Of a DNA stretch of 64,000 nt, positions 29,602 through 42,226 are shown piece by piece. Made by a program: the position numbers and the translations under genes. Each line of letters begins with the position of its first letter. The stretch's first letter is position 1. The notes beneath the pieces are model-generated. The model was not told the origin of the DNA. It saw only the letters and a list, made by a program, of their open reading frames with translations, and searched no databases. The stretch is taken from NCBI RefSeq assembly GCF_009914755.1, contig NC_060947.1. One strand, 5' to 3'. Origin of the DNA: the human T2T-CHM13v2.0 reference genome, Homo sapiens.

Positions 29602-31805
29602 TGATATGGGTTGGGTCTGTCTCCCTGCCCAAATCTCATGTTGAAATGTAATCCCCAATATTAGAGGTGGGGCCTGATGGGAAGTGATTGGATTGTGGAG
29701 TCAGTTTCTCCTGAATGGTTTGGCACCATCCCTGTGTGCTGCTCTCACAATAGTGAGTGAGTGAGTTATTGCCAGTTAGTGCTGTGATGGGAGTTCTGAA
29801 TTCTCTCAATATTATTGTATTGCTGTCTATGTCTCTATACAAGTATAGTAATATTTGTTTTATAAATTTGGGTGCTGTGGTGTTGGGTGCACATATATCT
29901 AGAATTGTTATTTTTTTTTTTATTTTTTTTATTTGCAGTGCCTCCCCCTTCTCTTCCTCCTGCTCTGGCCGTGTGAAGTGCTGGCTTACCCTTTGCCTTT
30001 CCCCATAATTATGTGTCCTGAGGCCTCCCCAGATGCCAGTCAGATGCCAACCCTATGCTTCCTGTACAGCCTGTGGAAATATGAGCCAATTAAGCCTCTT
30101 TTCTTTATAAATTACCTAGCCTTAGGTTCTTCTTTATAGCCATGCAAGAATTATCTAATATAGAAAATTGGTACTGAGGAGTGGGATATTGTGACTGGAA
30201 CTTATATTTAAAAGGGAAGCAGAGCAAAAAAGCTTGAAAAATATGCAGCCTGATTATGTGGTAGGAAAAAAAGGCCTGTTTTCAGGGGAAAAATTCAAGC
30301 AGACTGCAGAAATGTGCATAAGTAAAGAGGAGCCAAGTAGTAATAGCCAAGACAATGGGGAAAAGGCCTAGAAGGCATTTCAGAGACCTTTGTGGCAGCC
30401 TCTCCCATCATAGGCCAGGAGGCTTAGGAGGGAAGAATGGTTTTGTGTGCCAGGCCCAGGACACCACTGCCCTTTGTGTGCCAGGCCCAGGACACCACTG
30501 CAGCCTCAGGACACTGCTTTCCACATGCCAGTTATTCCAGCTCCAGCTCTGGGTAAAAGGGACCCAGGTACAGCTCAGACCACTGCTTCAGAGGGGTGTA
30601 GGCCACAAACCTTGGCTGCTTTCACATGGAGTTAAGCCTGTGGTTGCACAGAGAGCAAGAGTTGAGGCTGGAGATACTTCAACTGGATTTCAGAGAATGT
30701 GTGAAAAAGCCTGGATGTCTAGGCAGAAGCCTGCTGTAGGGGCAGCACCCTTATCAAGAATCTCCGCTATGGTAGTATGGAAAAGAAATGTGAGGTTTGA
30801 GCCCCCACACAGTATCCCAACGGGGGCACTGCATAGTGGAGCTGTCAGAAGAGGGCCACCATCCTCCAGACCCCTCCAGAATGGTAGACCCAATGGCAGC
30901 TTGCACCCTGCACGTGGAAAAGCTGCAGTCACTCAATGCCAGTACTTGAGAGCACTTCAGCTGGGGCTGATCTCTGCAAAGTCATGAGTATGAAGCTTCC
31001 CAAGGCCTTGGGAGACCATCCCTTATACCAGTGTGCCCTGGATATGAGGCATGGAGTCAAAGTAGATTATTTTAGAGTTTAAGGTTTAATGACTGCCCTG
31101 CTGGATTTTGGACTTGCATAGGGCCTGTAGCCCCTTTCTTTTGGCCAATTTCTGCCTTCTGGAATGGGAATATTTACCCAATGCCTATACTGCAATTGTA
31201 TCTTGGAAGTAACTAACTTGTTTTTGATTTTACAGGCTCATAGGTGGAAAGGGCTGGCCTTTCCTCAGATGAGACTTTTGAGTTAATGATGGAAAAAGTT
31301 TACATCTTGGGAATTATTGGGAAGGCACAATTGTATTTTGAGATGTGAGGACACAAGATTTTGGAAGGGCCAGGGGTGGAATGACATGGTTTGAATCTGT
31401 GTGCCAACCCAAATTTCATATTGAAATGTAATCCCCAATGCTGGAGGTGAGGCCTAATGGAGGATGATTGGATCATGGGGTCAGTTTCTCCTGAATGGTT
31501 TAGCACCATCCCTGTGTTGCTGTTCTTGTGATATTGAGTGATTGAGTTATCACCGGATCTAGTTGTTTGAAAATGTTTAGCACCTCCCCTTTTCTTCCTC
31601 CTGTTCTGGCCATGTGAAGTGCTGGCTTCCTCTTTGCCTTCTGCAATGATTGTAAGATACCCAAAGCATCTCCCGAAGCCAAGCAGATGCCAGCATCATG
31701 CTTTCTGTAAAGCCTGTGGAACCATGAGCCAATTAAACCTCTTTTCTTCATTAATTACTCAGCTTTAGGTATTTCTTTATAGAAATGTGAGAACAGCCTA
31801 ATACA
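29602..31805 (+). mobile_element. MSTA MaLR provirus: 5' LTR 29602-30162, internal 30163-31381 (partly deleted), 3' LTR 31382-31805
   Basis: Two homologous LTRs (tgatatgg/tgacatgg ... aatata/aataca), internal start gaaaattggtac, perfect 5-bp TSD ctgat. Confidence 0.92.
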
Positions 31806-34578
31806 CTGATTATAAAATTAATTCCTTCATCTTGACTTTAGATGATTTGATATCAATCAGCCATTTTAAAACCCTTTATGTAATACATTTTCTTGGAGAT
31901 CATTGGGCCTCTTATGTCTGGATATTTATATGTCTTGCTAAACTTGGAAAGTTTTCATCAAATATTCTCTTAAATATGTTTTCTAAATTTTAGATTTTTC
32001 TTTCCCATCAGGAATACCAATAATTTATAAGTTCAATTACCTTATGTAGTCTTATATGTCTCAAATGTCTTGTTCATTATCTTTTATTCTTTTTTCTTCA
32101 TTTTTGTCTGACAGTATTATTTCAAAAGACCTGCCTTCAACATCTGAGATTCTTCCTTCTTCTTGGCCTACTCTATTTTTTAAAGATTTGTGTATATATT
32201 GCAATTCCTTCAGTTAATTTTTTATTTCTATGTTATATTTGTCTTTTTTAAAGATATCTGTCTCCTTAGTAAATTTCTTGTTCATATCCTGAATTGATTT
32301 TCTGTTGTATTTGTATTGGAATCACATTTCTTGTATTTCATTGAGTTTCTTTAAAATAAATATTTTGAATTTTACATCTAGCATATCAAAAATTGTTATT
32401 TTTTTTGTTTGGAATCTATTCCTGGAGAACTGTGTTTCTTTGGCAGTGTTGTAATACCTTGCTTTTTAATACTTTCTGTATATTTATGTTAATTTATGTG
32501 CATCTAAATTAACAGTCACTTCTTATTTTGCAACTTAATTTTGTTGGAGTAAATTTTTTTCTTGAAGATATGACTATGCTGTATGTTGGGTAGGGCAATT
32601 TGATTTTGCTTCTGGGTGCGTGCATTGGCATAGACTCTGCAGGATTTTATTAATTATAAATAGCATTTGTTTGGTGGCTTTCTCAAATGCCAGTTTTAGT
32701 AGCAGTGTACCATGTGGATGAGCTTGCTGATGACCTTCTTCGTAGCCACTGTGGTGTGGGTGATGGGGATAGCAGTGGTCATGAGAATCTTTTCTTGTTC
32801 AAAGGGCCTTGCTCTGGTGTTGGCGGTTGTTCTAATGGGTTGCATAAGACAACCCCCAGGCTAGTAGGTGGTACTCTCAAGTAAGAATCAGCTGTAGTGG
32901 TGGCAGTAGAACTTACGCTTGACCTCTGTTCCCCAGGAAAAATGCTATGCTTTCCAGGTGATGGATTGGGCTGCGGACTCCCCAGAAGCTTGGATCATAC
33001 ACTCTGTTTCACAGAGATAGGTGAAGCTTTGTGGGGCTGGACTGGGCAAGCGAACAATCAGGTACCCCTATAGAAGATGTGAACTCCAGCCTTGACAAGA
33101 GTGGCAGAAGATTTTTCAAGCCCCTGGCAAAATATTTGTGTGAGGCTTTATTGCTACTGCACTGAAGTCTCAGCGCCACAGGCTTGGTAGGCAGTATAAC
33201 CTGCTTACCTCTCATGCCTTTGTCCTGGCAGGGCTCGCTTTCCTGTCCTGACTGTGGCCACATTTAAGATAATCCATTAACTGCTGAAGTTTACTTCTAG
33301 TCTGAAAGGTAACCCAGTGTCATAGAAGTCACTAGCCTTGTTGCTCAGTACTAAACTTCTGCAGTAGCTGGCAGTGGCTGCACTGCAGTCTTCACCCACA
33401 GCTTCAAACACACAGCTTTCAGGTTCTCCTGCTTTCTATGGTAACAAAACCGTAGCTCTGTACAGAGAGTGGGACAGACCCCAACCTATACATGGGCCTA
33501 AGCTCCAAAGACATGCAACCAGTGAAATCACAGTTGCCACTCATAGTCCCAGACAGGCAGCACTTCAGCTCACCCCCTTCAGCCTCCAACTACAGCAGCA
33601 ACAGCAGCTATGCCTGCAACTATATGCAGTGGGGGAGAAAGGGTTTCATTATCTATACATAATTCTAAGCAAAAAGGTTGCTTGGAAGGTAGGAGGAGAT
33701 TTTGCATGTCCCTTGAAAGGCCAAGCACAGAGTTTGTGCCAGTGCTGGGGGTGGAGTCATTTCTTAAAATGCCAAACAGAGAGCTTTCAGGCTCTGGAAC
33801 GCATGCATTCCAGTTTTCTCTGGGCCAGGGACTGCATTTTTGGTGTGCTGCACTGCCCTTTCCCCAGGGAGGAAAACTGTCTCTAGGCTAGATTACTGGG
33901 GACCCTGAAGCACCTTTCGGTTCAGCCAGTGCAGTGTCACTGCAGCTCTCTAGGTGGACATTGGGGAATGTCAGCAGTAGCTTTTAGAATGTAGAGATGG
34001 GGTGCTGTAGTTCCCAGGGCAGGATGCAGTCCCATGACAGCTACACTTCACAACGGTGCCCTGCCACAGCCTCTCAGGTCCGAGGGGAGGGGTGAGTGAT
34101 TTAGCATGAGTTCCCAGTCTGGAGCAATGCTCTCAAGAGGTCTCCAAATTACCACTCATACTAATGCCAAGGTTTGTGGCAGTAGAGGAACTCTCCTGTG
34201 GTTTGGATCCCAACAGTCTATGGCAAGAATGTGAACATCAAAACTCTCCCACTCACCCTCTCCCCAGAACACCAAGCCTCTACAGGCGCCTGACCAATTC
34301 TCAGACAAGTTGGCTTCTTGTTTCCTCCTAATTCTGTGCCTTAGGCATTTCCCCTGAGTTCTCTGTTGGACTCTAATATTTTCTTCTTTAATAGTCTATT
34401 CAAAGTGTGATTATCTGTTCATAATTTTGGTTCTTTTTTCTGGAAAAAACAGGCATCTGATGTCTTCAGTCAGCCATGTTGAACTGGAACCTCCCAACAT
34501 ATAATATTTTAAACTATTATTCTACAGATGTACATTAATTTTTTGCAACATTTCACTATTAAAAATATAATACTACAA

Positions 34579-34717
34579 TAAAGAGATTTGTGTTTAGTGT
34601 ACATATATGACTATTTCTTTATAACAAAGAGATTCTTATAATAATATTAAAGAGATTTGTGTTTAGTGCACATATATGACTATTTCTTTATAACAAAGAG
34701 ATTCTTATAATAATATT
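34579..34717. repeat. 69-bp tandem duplication with one mismatch
   Basis: taaagagatttgtgtttagtgYacatatatgactatttctttataacaaagagattcttataataatat x2. Confidence 0.95.
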
Positions 34718-35164
34718 TAGTTGTAATGTACGCATATTTAAAATTTTGATATTTTTTAACCAAATTCCCCAACAATGTCCCTACTTATTTATACTACCAC
34801 TCTTGACGCACATGTGTAAATATTTTATTGCCGTACTAATCACCACTGCTTTTTGCTAATTTTCCCAAGATTGACAATTTAAGAAGAGGACCTGTTTGCA
34901 CATGAGTGCATGTGTTTGTGGTGGGAAGAAGTGACAGTGTAAAAATCAATTGCTTTGAATCTGTCTAGTAGGAATATCTGCTTGGCAAGACTTAGTAGAA
35001 ACTGGAGGTAGAGCTTTGGGAGTATTTGAAACATTAAAAGGAGATGACTTCACAGAAATTCCATGCCCAATGGGTTATGGTTTTATGTAATTCCAATGTA
35101 TCACTATATGTATATCATTTAATATGAGGATATATTTCTTAATGGAGACGAGATTGCTAAATTA

Positions 35165-35600
35165 TTTTATCAATTTGGCTTTGCCTGAAAACAGAACTTG
35201 AGACAACGGTTTGAGGCAGATGGTTTTGGGGAAAGGTAGTTCCAGGAAGCCAAAGTGAGAAGGCAGGAGGGTGAGAAAGAAAAAAAGTGAAAGCTGATAT
35301 ATAGCAGCATGTTAAGAGTTGCTTACCACTGTGGAAAAGCGGAACATAATCCTGTTGGAAACCCAGTGAGGAATAAAGGAAAATGCAACTCATAATTGTC
35401 CCCCCATACTCTCATCTTCAATTGGTTTGAGGGTTTACTCTCTAAAATGTTAATACCCTCCCCTCCACCTCATCCCACACGCACACACTTCTGGCCTATA
35501 TTTGCTGGCACATTGAGTGAGATTTCTGCCTTTAGGAAAAGTCTGGAGACAGAAATTCAGAAAGAATGGATTAGAGGTAAACTTTGGAAATGTGTCTGCT
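35165..35600 (-). mobile_element. LTR16-like (ERVL) degenerate LTR
   Basis: aaacagaacttgagacaacggtttgagg...ttccaggaagc...ttaccactgtgg resembles recalled LTR16; boundaries approximate. Confidence 0.55.
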
Positions 35601-37795
35601 GTAGTTTTTATTCAATTTCTTTACTGTATTTTCTCACTAAGAGGAAAAAGACGACCTCCTAAGTCTTGTTCTCTAATAATAACCTTCATTTGCAAAATTT
35701 GAGGTTACTCAGTAAAAAATTTCTAAATTCTATTATGCTCTGAGATTTATAGAATGTCCATTCAAGACTATAGAGTAAGTTGAACTGATAATAATAAATA
35801 ACAAACAATAAGACTAATGAAATATTTATCTCATTTTAGGATGTCAAATACCTATGATAATGCATTATCCTTAATTGTTAATCTTCATTAGAGAAGTTTT
35901 TAAAATAGTAGCCACATTAGAGATTATTCAAATAAATTTTGTATAAGTGCTACATCCCTGCCAATTATAAAACATGAGGTAAAACAACAAGGAAAAGAGA
36001 GCTGAAAAGTTTAACAAGTGTATTCAAAATATTAAGGTGCCACTAATGCTGCCTTATGTGTTGCTAATTGTCTATAGCTTGGGGTATGAAGTGGCAGTGT
36101 TATAAAGTGGTTTACTCTTTAGTAAGTATTATTTTACCCCTGTTGTGGGAAGATATTAATTCAGTAAGTCTCTTATGAGGTTTAGAAATAGCATAAGCTT
36201 AACTGGGTTATGTCCATACTTTGTAAATTACTTTTTCCTGCTGCAGAGTTTCCTGAATATATATTTGTCCTCAGTATTTCTGTCTTATGTCATATGACTA
36301 ATACTCTCTACAGAGACTGCTTCTTTTCTGAACAAATGTTTAATTTATAACATATCTCTGAGAAAAGCTACTCATCTTTGTATTTAATTTTCCTCATATC
36401 AGTTAGAATCTGAGGCACATTATGTTATTTCCACAGGCTGTATATGCCAAGCGGGATGAAAAGAAACAGCAAAACATTAAGAGGTCTCATATCTCCCTTA
36501 GAAATTTTTTGTTCCAATACAGTCTATAAAGTGATGGTAGAAGCAGTTGTTACATATTGTTATTATAATTTCAAAAAGTTGAGCAACAGTTACATCCAAG
36601 TCTGAAATTCCACGGTAAGTCTCAAGAACCCTTCTCTTTTTTCTCAAATCACTAACATTTCTCTCTTCTCTCACATAAATAATTTCTGCAACCATTTTTT
36701 TTTACAAAGTCTCACTAGACAGATATGAGTAAAGAAGCAATTGTTTTCTAAATTCCATACCAAACTCCCTGTAAATAGAAGTTACACTATCCTACCTTCT
36801 CAATGCACTAGTAAAACATGTATTATATGCAAACAATTACATTATTGATAGCCATTCTGTTTCTACCAAGCTGAACAAATAATTCTTGATTCTAACAAAT
36901 GTAATTTCAAGTATACATATCTCAATCATTTTTAATATTCTAATGGATATTAGAATATTCCATTTTAATATTGAGGATGACAGATCCCAATTCATTTCTC
37001 AAGTGGATTGATTTGCCATCTTAAGGGTGAAAGTAGTATTTCTTACTTAATATAGAGGGAGAAAAATTTTATCTATTTTCCTAAAAAGTATATTTCCAAA
37101 TTGCTTCCTTGGAGCTAGAATCCTCTGTGGTTTCTGGCACCAAAAATTTCTAACAATACTCTAAAAAAAACATAGGAAACAGACATGGTTATGGAAAAAA
37201 TAGCTACTGTAAGGTGAAGAGTCTAACACAGTCCCTAACTCATTTTTTCCAGCTACATAAACTCTTCTTTGCAATAGTTTTACAATTGCACTCAGAAGCA
37301 GTTGGATATTTATTTAACTGCACCACAATGGCAGGTTTCAGGGAGTACTGTGACTAAAACTTTGAATATGTATAAATATATTTTTGCAGTGGAGAGAATA
37401 ATTAAGAAAAATTGGGGGCCTGGCCAAGATGGCAGACTAGAAACAGCTGCAATCGGAGACTCCCACCTAGAACAAAGTGTGCAAATTCTGAACTGGCAAC
37501 AGAGGTATCCAGGTTTTCTCATCAAGACTAACTAGGTATTTGACATGACCCACGGAGAACAAGAAAAAGCAGGGTGGTGCAGTGGCCCACCTGGGAGCCA
37601 CACAGGGCAAGGTGAGCCCCAAACCTCAGCCAAAGGAGGTGGTGAGTGATTGTGCTATCCAGCCTGGAAAACCATGTTTTTTTCATGAATCTGTGCAACC
37701 CATGAATCAGGAGATCCCAATCATGAGTCCATGCCACCAAGGCCTTGAGTCACAACAGACCTGTGCAGATTCTTAACGGCCACTTGGCTGGAGAC

Positions 37796-38018
37796 CGCTT
37801 AAGACTACCAAGTTGCTGGGGAGAGGGGTGGCCATTATCACGGCAGCTGACTGCTGCCTAAGACAACTGAGCTCCCCAGGGGAAGGATGGCCATCCTCAA
37901 AGCAGCTGCCTGCTGCCTAAGGTGACTGAGCTCCCCAGGGGAGGGGTGGCAGCCATACTGCATACTGCCTAAGATGACTGAACTCCTGGGAGGAGGAGTG
38001 GTAGCCATCACTGCAGCT
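37796..38018 (+). repeat. Four degenerate ~52-60-bp tandem units in the L1 5'UTR
   Basis: Recurring ctgcctaaga-actgagctccccagggga-g-tggc-ccat. Confidence 0.75.
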
Positions 38019-41000
38019 CCAGGCTGCCATTTTTTTCCCTGATGGTGCGAAGGAGACTGGACTTTTTGGATACAGGATGGATTCCCCATAGTGCCTGACA
38101 CTGGCTGTGGCAGGTTGTGGCCAGACTGCCTCTTTAGGACAGACACCAACCTATCCCTCCTCACTGAGTGGGGCCTCCCTGAAGGAACTTCAACAACTCC
38201 AGCCAGGGGTTTAGGGACAGAACTTTGATAACCCTGGGCCTGAGCCCCTAGGGGTAGTCATGGCTATGGTCTCCATGGACAAGCACACTTAGTCCTCCCC
38301 ATTGCTGGCTCTGCTCTGAGGAATCTGGGCAGCCCAGACGAGTTGGGTTTCCCCCAGCATGGCACACCCCCTCCACCAAGGGGCAGCCAGTGTGCTTCAT
38401 TAAGCAAGTCCTGGATCCTGAGGCCCCTGACTGGTTGAGACACCCCAACAGGCATCACCAGAAACCTTATACAGGAGCGTTCCTTCTGGCATTAGCTCTG
38501 TGCCCCTCAGGGACAGAGGATCCAGAGGAAGGAGCAAGCACCAATCTTTGCTGCTCTGCAGCCTCCTTGGGTGACATCTCTAGGTGCAGGGGGGAGCCAG
38601 GTGAATAGGGCCTAAAGTGAACCCCCAGAAAACTGCAGCAGCCCAGCAGAAGAGGGGCCTGATTGTTAAAAAACAAACAAACAGCAAGCAACAGCAACAG
38701 CATCAGTAATAAAGTCCTCACAATAACCCCATCCAAAGGTCAGTAACATTAAAGAACAAAACTAGACAAACTAATTAAGATGAGAAGGAATCAATAAAAA
38801 GATGTTGAAACCTCAAAAGGCCAGAGGGCCCCTCCTCCTACAAATGATCACACCTCCTCTCCAGCAAGGGCACAGAACTGGGTGGAGGTTGAGATGAATT
38901 GACAGAAGTAGGCTTCAGAAGGTGGGTAATAACAAACTTTACTGAGCTAAAGGAGCATATTCAAACCCAATGCAAAGCATCTAAGAGCCTTGATAAGAGG
39001 TATAGGAGCTGCTAACTAGAATAACCAGTTTAGAGAGAAACATAAATGACCTGATGGAGCTGAAAAACACAGCATGGGAACTTTGTGATGCACCCACACA
39101 AATATCAATAGCCAAATTAATCAAGTGGAAGAAAGAATATCAGAGCTTGAAGACAAACTTGCTGAAATAAAGCAGGCAGACAAGATTAGAGAAAAAAGAA
39201 AAAAAAAGTATTGAATTAAACCTCCAAGTACTATGGAACTATGTTAAAAGACCAAATCTACAACTGATTGGAGTACCTGAAAGAGATGGAGAGAATGGAA
39301 CCATGTTGGAAAACACACTTCAGGACATCATCCAGGAGAACTTCCACAACCTAGCATAACAGGCCAACATTTAAATTCAGGAAATCCAGAGAACTCCAAT
39401 AAGATACTCCTTGAGAAGGTCACCACAAGACACAAAATCATCAGGTTCTCAAGGTTGAAATGAAGAAAAAAAATGTGAGGGACAGCCAGAGAGAAAGTCC
39501 AGGTCACCTAAAAGGAAAGCCCATCAGACTAACAGCAGACCTCTCAGCAGATACCCTACAAGCCAGAAAAGAGTGGGGGCCAATATTCAACATTCTTAAA
39601 CAAAAGAATTTCCAACTTAGAATTTCATGTCTGACCAAACTAAGCTTCATAACTGAAGGAAAATAAAATTCTCTTAAGACAATCAAATGCTGAGGGAATT
39701 CACCACCATGAGGCCAGCCTTGCAAGAGCTTATGAAGGAAGCACTAAATAAGAAAAGACGAACTGGTAGCAGCCACTGCAAAAACACACTGAAGTACAAA
39801 GACCAATGACACTATGAAGAAACTGCATCAACTAGTCTGCAAAATGACCTCGTAGCATCATGATGATGGGATCAAATTCACACATAACAATATTAACATC
39901 AAATGTATATGGGCTAAATGCTCCAATTTAAAGACACAGAATGGCAAACTGTAAAAGAGTCAAGACCCATTGGTGTGCTGTATTCAAGAGACTCATCTCA
40001 TGTTGAAAGACACACATATGCTCAAAATAAAGGGATGGAGAAAATTTACCAAGCAAATAGTAGAAAAAAATCAGGGGTTGCAATCCTAGTTGCTGACAAA
40101 ATAGACCTTAAACCAGCAAAGATCAAAAAAGACAAAGAAGGGCAAGACATAATAGTAAAGGAATTAATTCAACTAGAAGAACTAACAATACTAAATATAT
40201 ATGCACCCAATACAGGAGCACCCAGATGTGTAAAACAAGTTCTTAGAGACATAAAAAAGACAGACTCCTTCACAATAACAGTGGAGACTTTAACACTCCA
40301 CTGTCAATATTAGACATATCATCAAGACAAGAAACTAACCAGGATATTTGGGACTTGAACTCAGCTCTGGATCACCTAAACCTGATAGATATCTAAAGAA
40401 CTCTCCACCCCAAAGCAGCAGAATATACATTCTTCTCAGTGCCACATGGCACTTACTCTAAAATTGATCACATAGTTGGAAGTAAAACATTCCTCAGCAA
40501 ATGCAGAAGTACTTAAATAACAGCAAGCAGTATCTCAAACCACAGTTCAACCAAATTAGAACTTAATTCACTCAAAAGCACATAAATTCACCCAAAAGCA
40601 CACAACAATATGGCAATTGAACAACTGATCTTGAAAGACCCCTAGGTAAATAATGAAATTAAGACAAAAATAAAGAAGTTCTTTGAAACCAATGAGAACA
40701 AAGAGACAATGTACCAGAATCTCTGGGATGCAGCTAAAGCAATATTAAGAGAGAAATTAATAGCACTGAATGAACCCATCAGAATGCTAGAAATATCTCA
40801 AATTGACACCCTAACATTATACCTGAAAGAACTAGCAAACCAAGAGCAAACAAACCAAAAGCTAGCAGGAGACAAGAAATAACTAAGATTAGGGCATAAC
40901 AGAAGGAGATAGAGACTAGAAAATCCCTTTATAAAATAAATGAATCCAGGAGTTATTTTTTTAAAATTAATAAAATAGACTGCTAGCTAGACTCATAAAG

Positions 41001-41321
41001 AAGAAAAGAGAGAATAATGAAATAGACACAATAAAAATGAAAAAGAGAATATCAACACTGACCCCATAGACATACAAACAACCATCAGAGAATACTATAA
41101 ACACCTCTAAACAAATAAACTAGAAAATCTACCAAAAAATGGATAAATTTCTGGACACATACACCCTCCCAAGACTAAACCAGGAAGAAATCAAATCCCT
41201 GAATAGATTAATAACATTTTCTGAAATCAAGGCAGTGATAAATAGACTACCACCAGAAAAAGCCCAGGACCAGGTGGATTTACCACCAAAATGTACCAGA
41301 GGTACAAAGAGGATCTGGTAC

Positions 41322-42076
41322 TGTTATAGGAAATATAAAGAAATTATTTAGGTATACCGTTAGATTAAAGACAGTACCCAGCAGAAAATTTTCCTTCTAA
41401 CAAAAAGCAGATCAGAAATTGATCCCTTTCTAACCACACACAGTTCAAAGACTAACAAAGAGCATTCTGGAAGATCAAGCTGTAAAACAAAGATAAGCAA
41501 CTCAGGCACACAGGAGGAGCTGCCTAGGTAATTACCAAAGTTCACATACATATGATGGGCTCCAGTAAAAACAGTGGGCCTTAACAAGCACATTCCTTTC
41601 CCTTTCTTTAGGCACACTAAGATAGAGAAGCTGGAAGGTTACAAGGTGGGGGAAGTAGTGGGGGATGCCTGCAGCTGCAAGAAGTTTCCTGGAAACAGGC
41701 ACAGAAACTGCCCCCTTTCCTTTCAGCACATGCAGATAAGCAGCTCAAACTAAGGACCTGCCTGCATGATCAAAGAATAGGGTGGGGGCTGCTAGAAACA
41801 CTGCTCTATGCAGATGGCCCACCTGTTCCTAATGGGTTCTTCAGTCCCTATAAAGATAAGATGCCCCTACCTCACTATTTATTTATACAAATCCTGATAT
41901 TTTTACTACAACCTGCAAACTTGTCCAGGACCTCTGTCTGTGACAGAGTTGTTCTTTCTTTTTGCCCATTAAACTCCTGCTCCACTCTCACTCTGTGTGC
42001 TGGATCCATGTCCATGATTTCCTCAGCTGTGAGAGCAAGAACCTTGGTACTTACCCAAAACAACAAGGCTGTTTTA
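41322..42076 (+). mobile_element. MER50-like (ERV1) solo LTR
   Basis: tgttatagga...aaagaaattatttagg...ttctaacaaaaagcag...attaaactcctgctcc...caacaaggctgtttta; 4-bp TSD gtac splits the L1 ORF2 sequence ctggtac/cattcc. Confidence 0.78.
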
Positions 42077-42130
42077 GTACCATTCCTTCTGAAACTATTC
42101 TAAACAATTGAAAAGAATGGACTTCTCTGA

Positions 42131-42226
<96 letters not shown>

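Noticed and set aside
30355-30987. 210-aa ORF
   Set aside because: It lies wholly in MSTA internal sequence; a frameshifted MaLR remnant, not a host gene.
33374-33886. 170-aa ORF with a short poly-Q
   Set aside because: GTG start, inside an L1 5'UTR, no domain; the Q-run comes from a short cag repeat.
34579-34717. Direct repeats as a possible CRISPR-like array
   Set aside because: Only two adjacent copies, no spacers, eukaryotic context.
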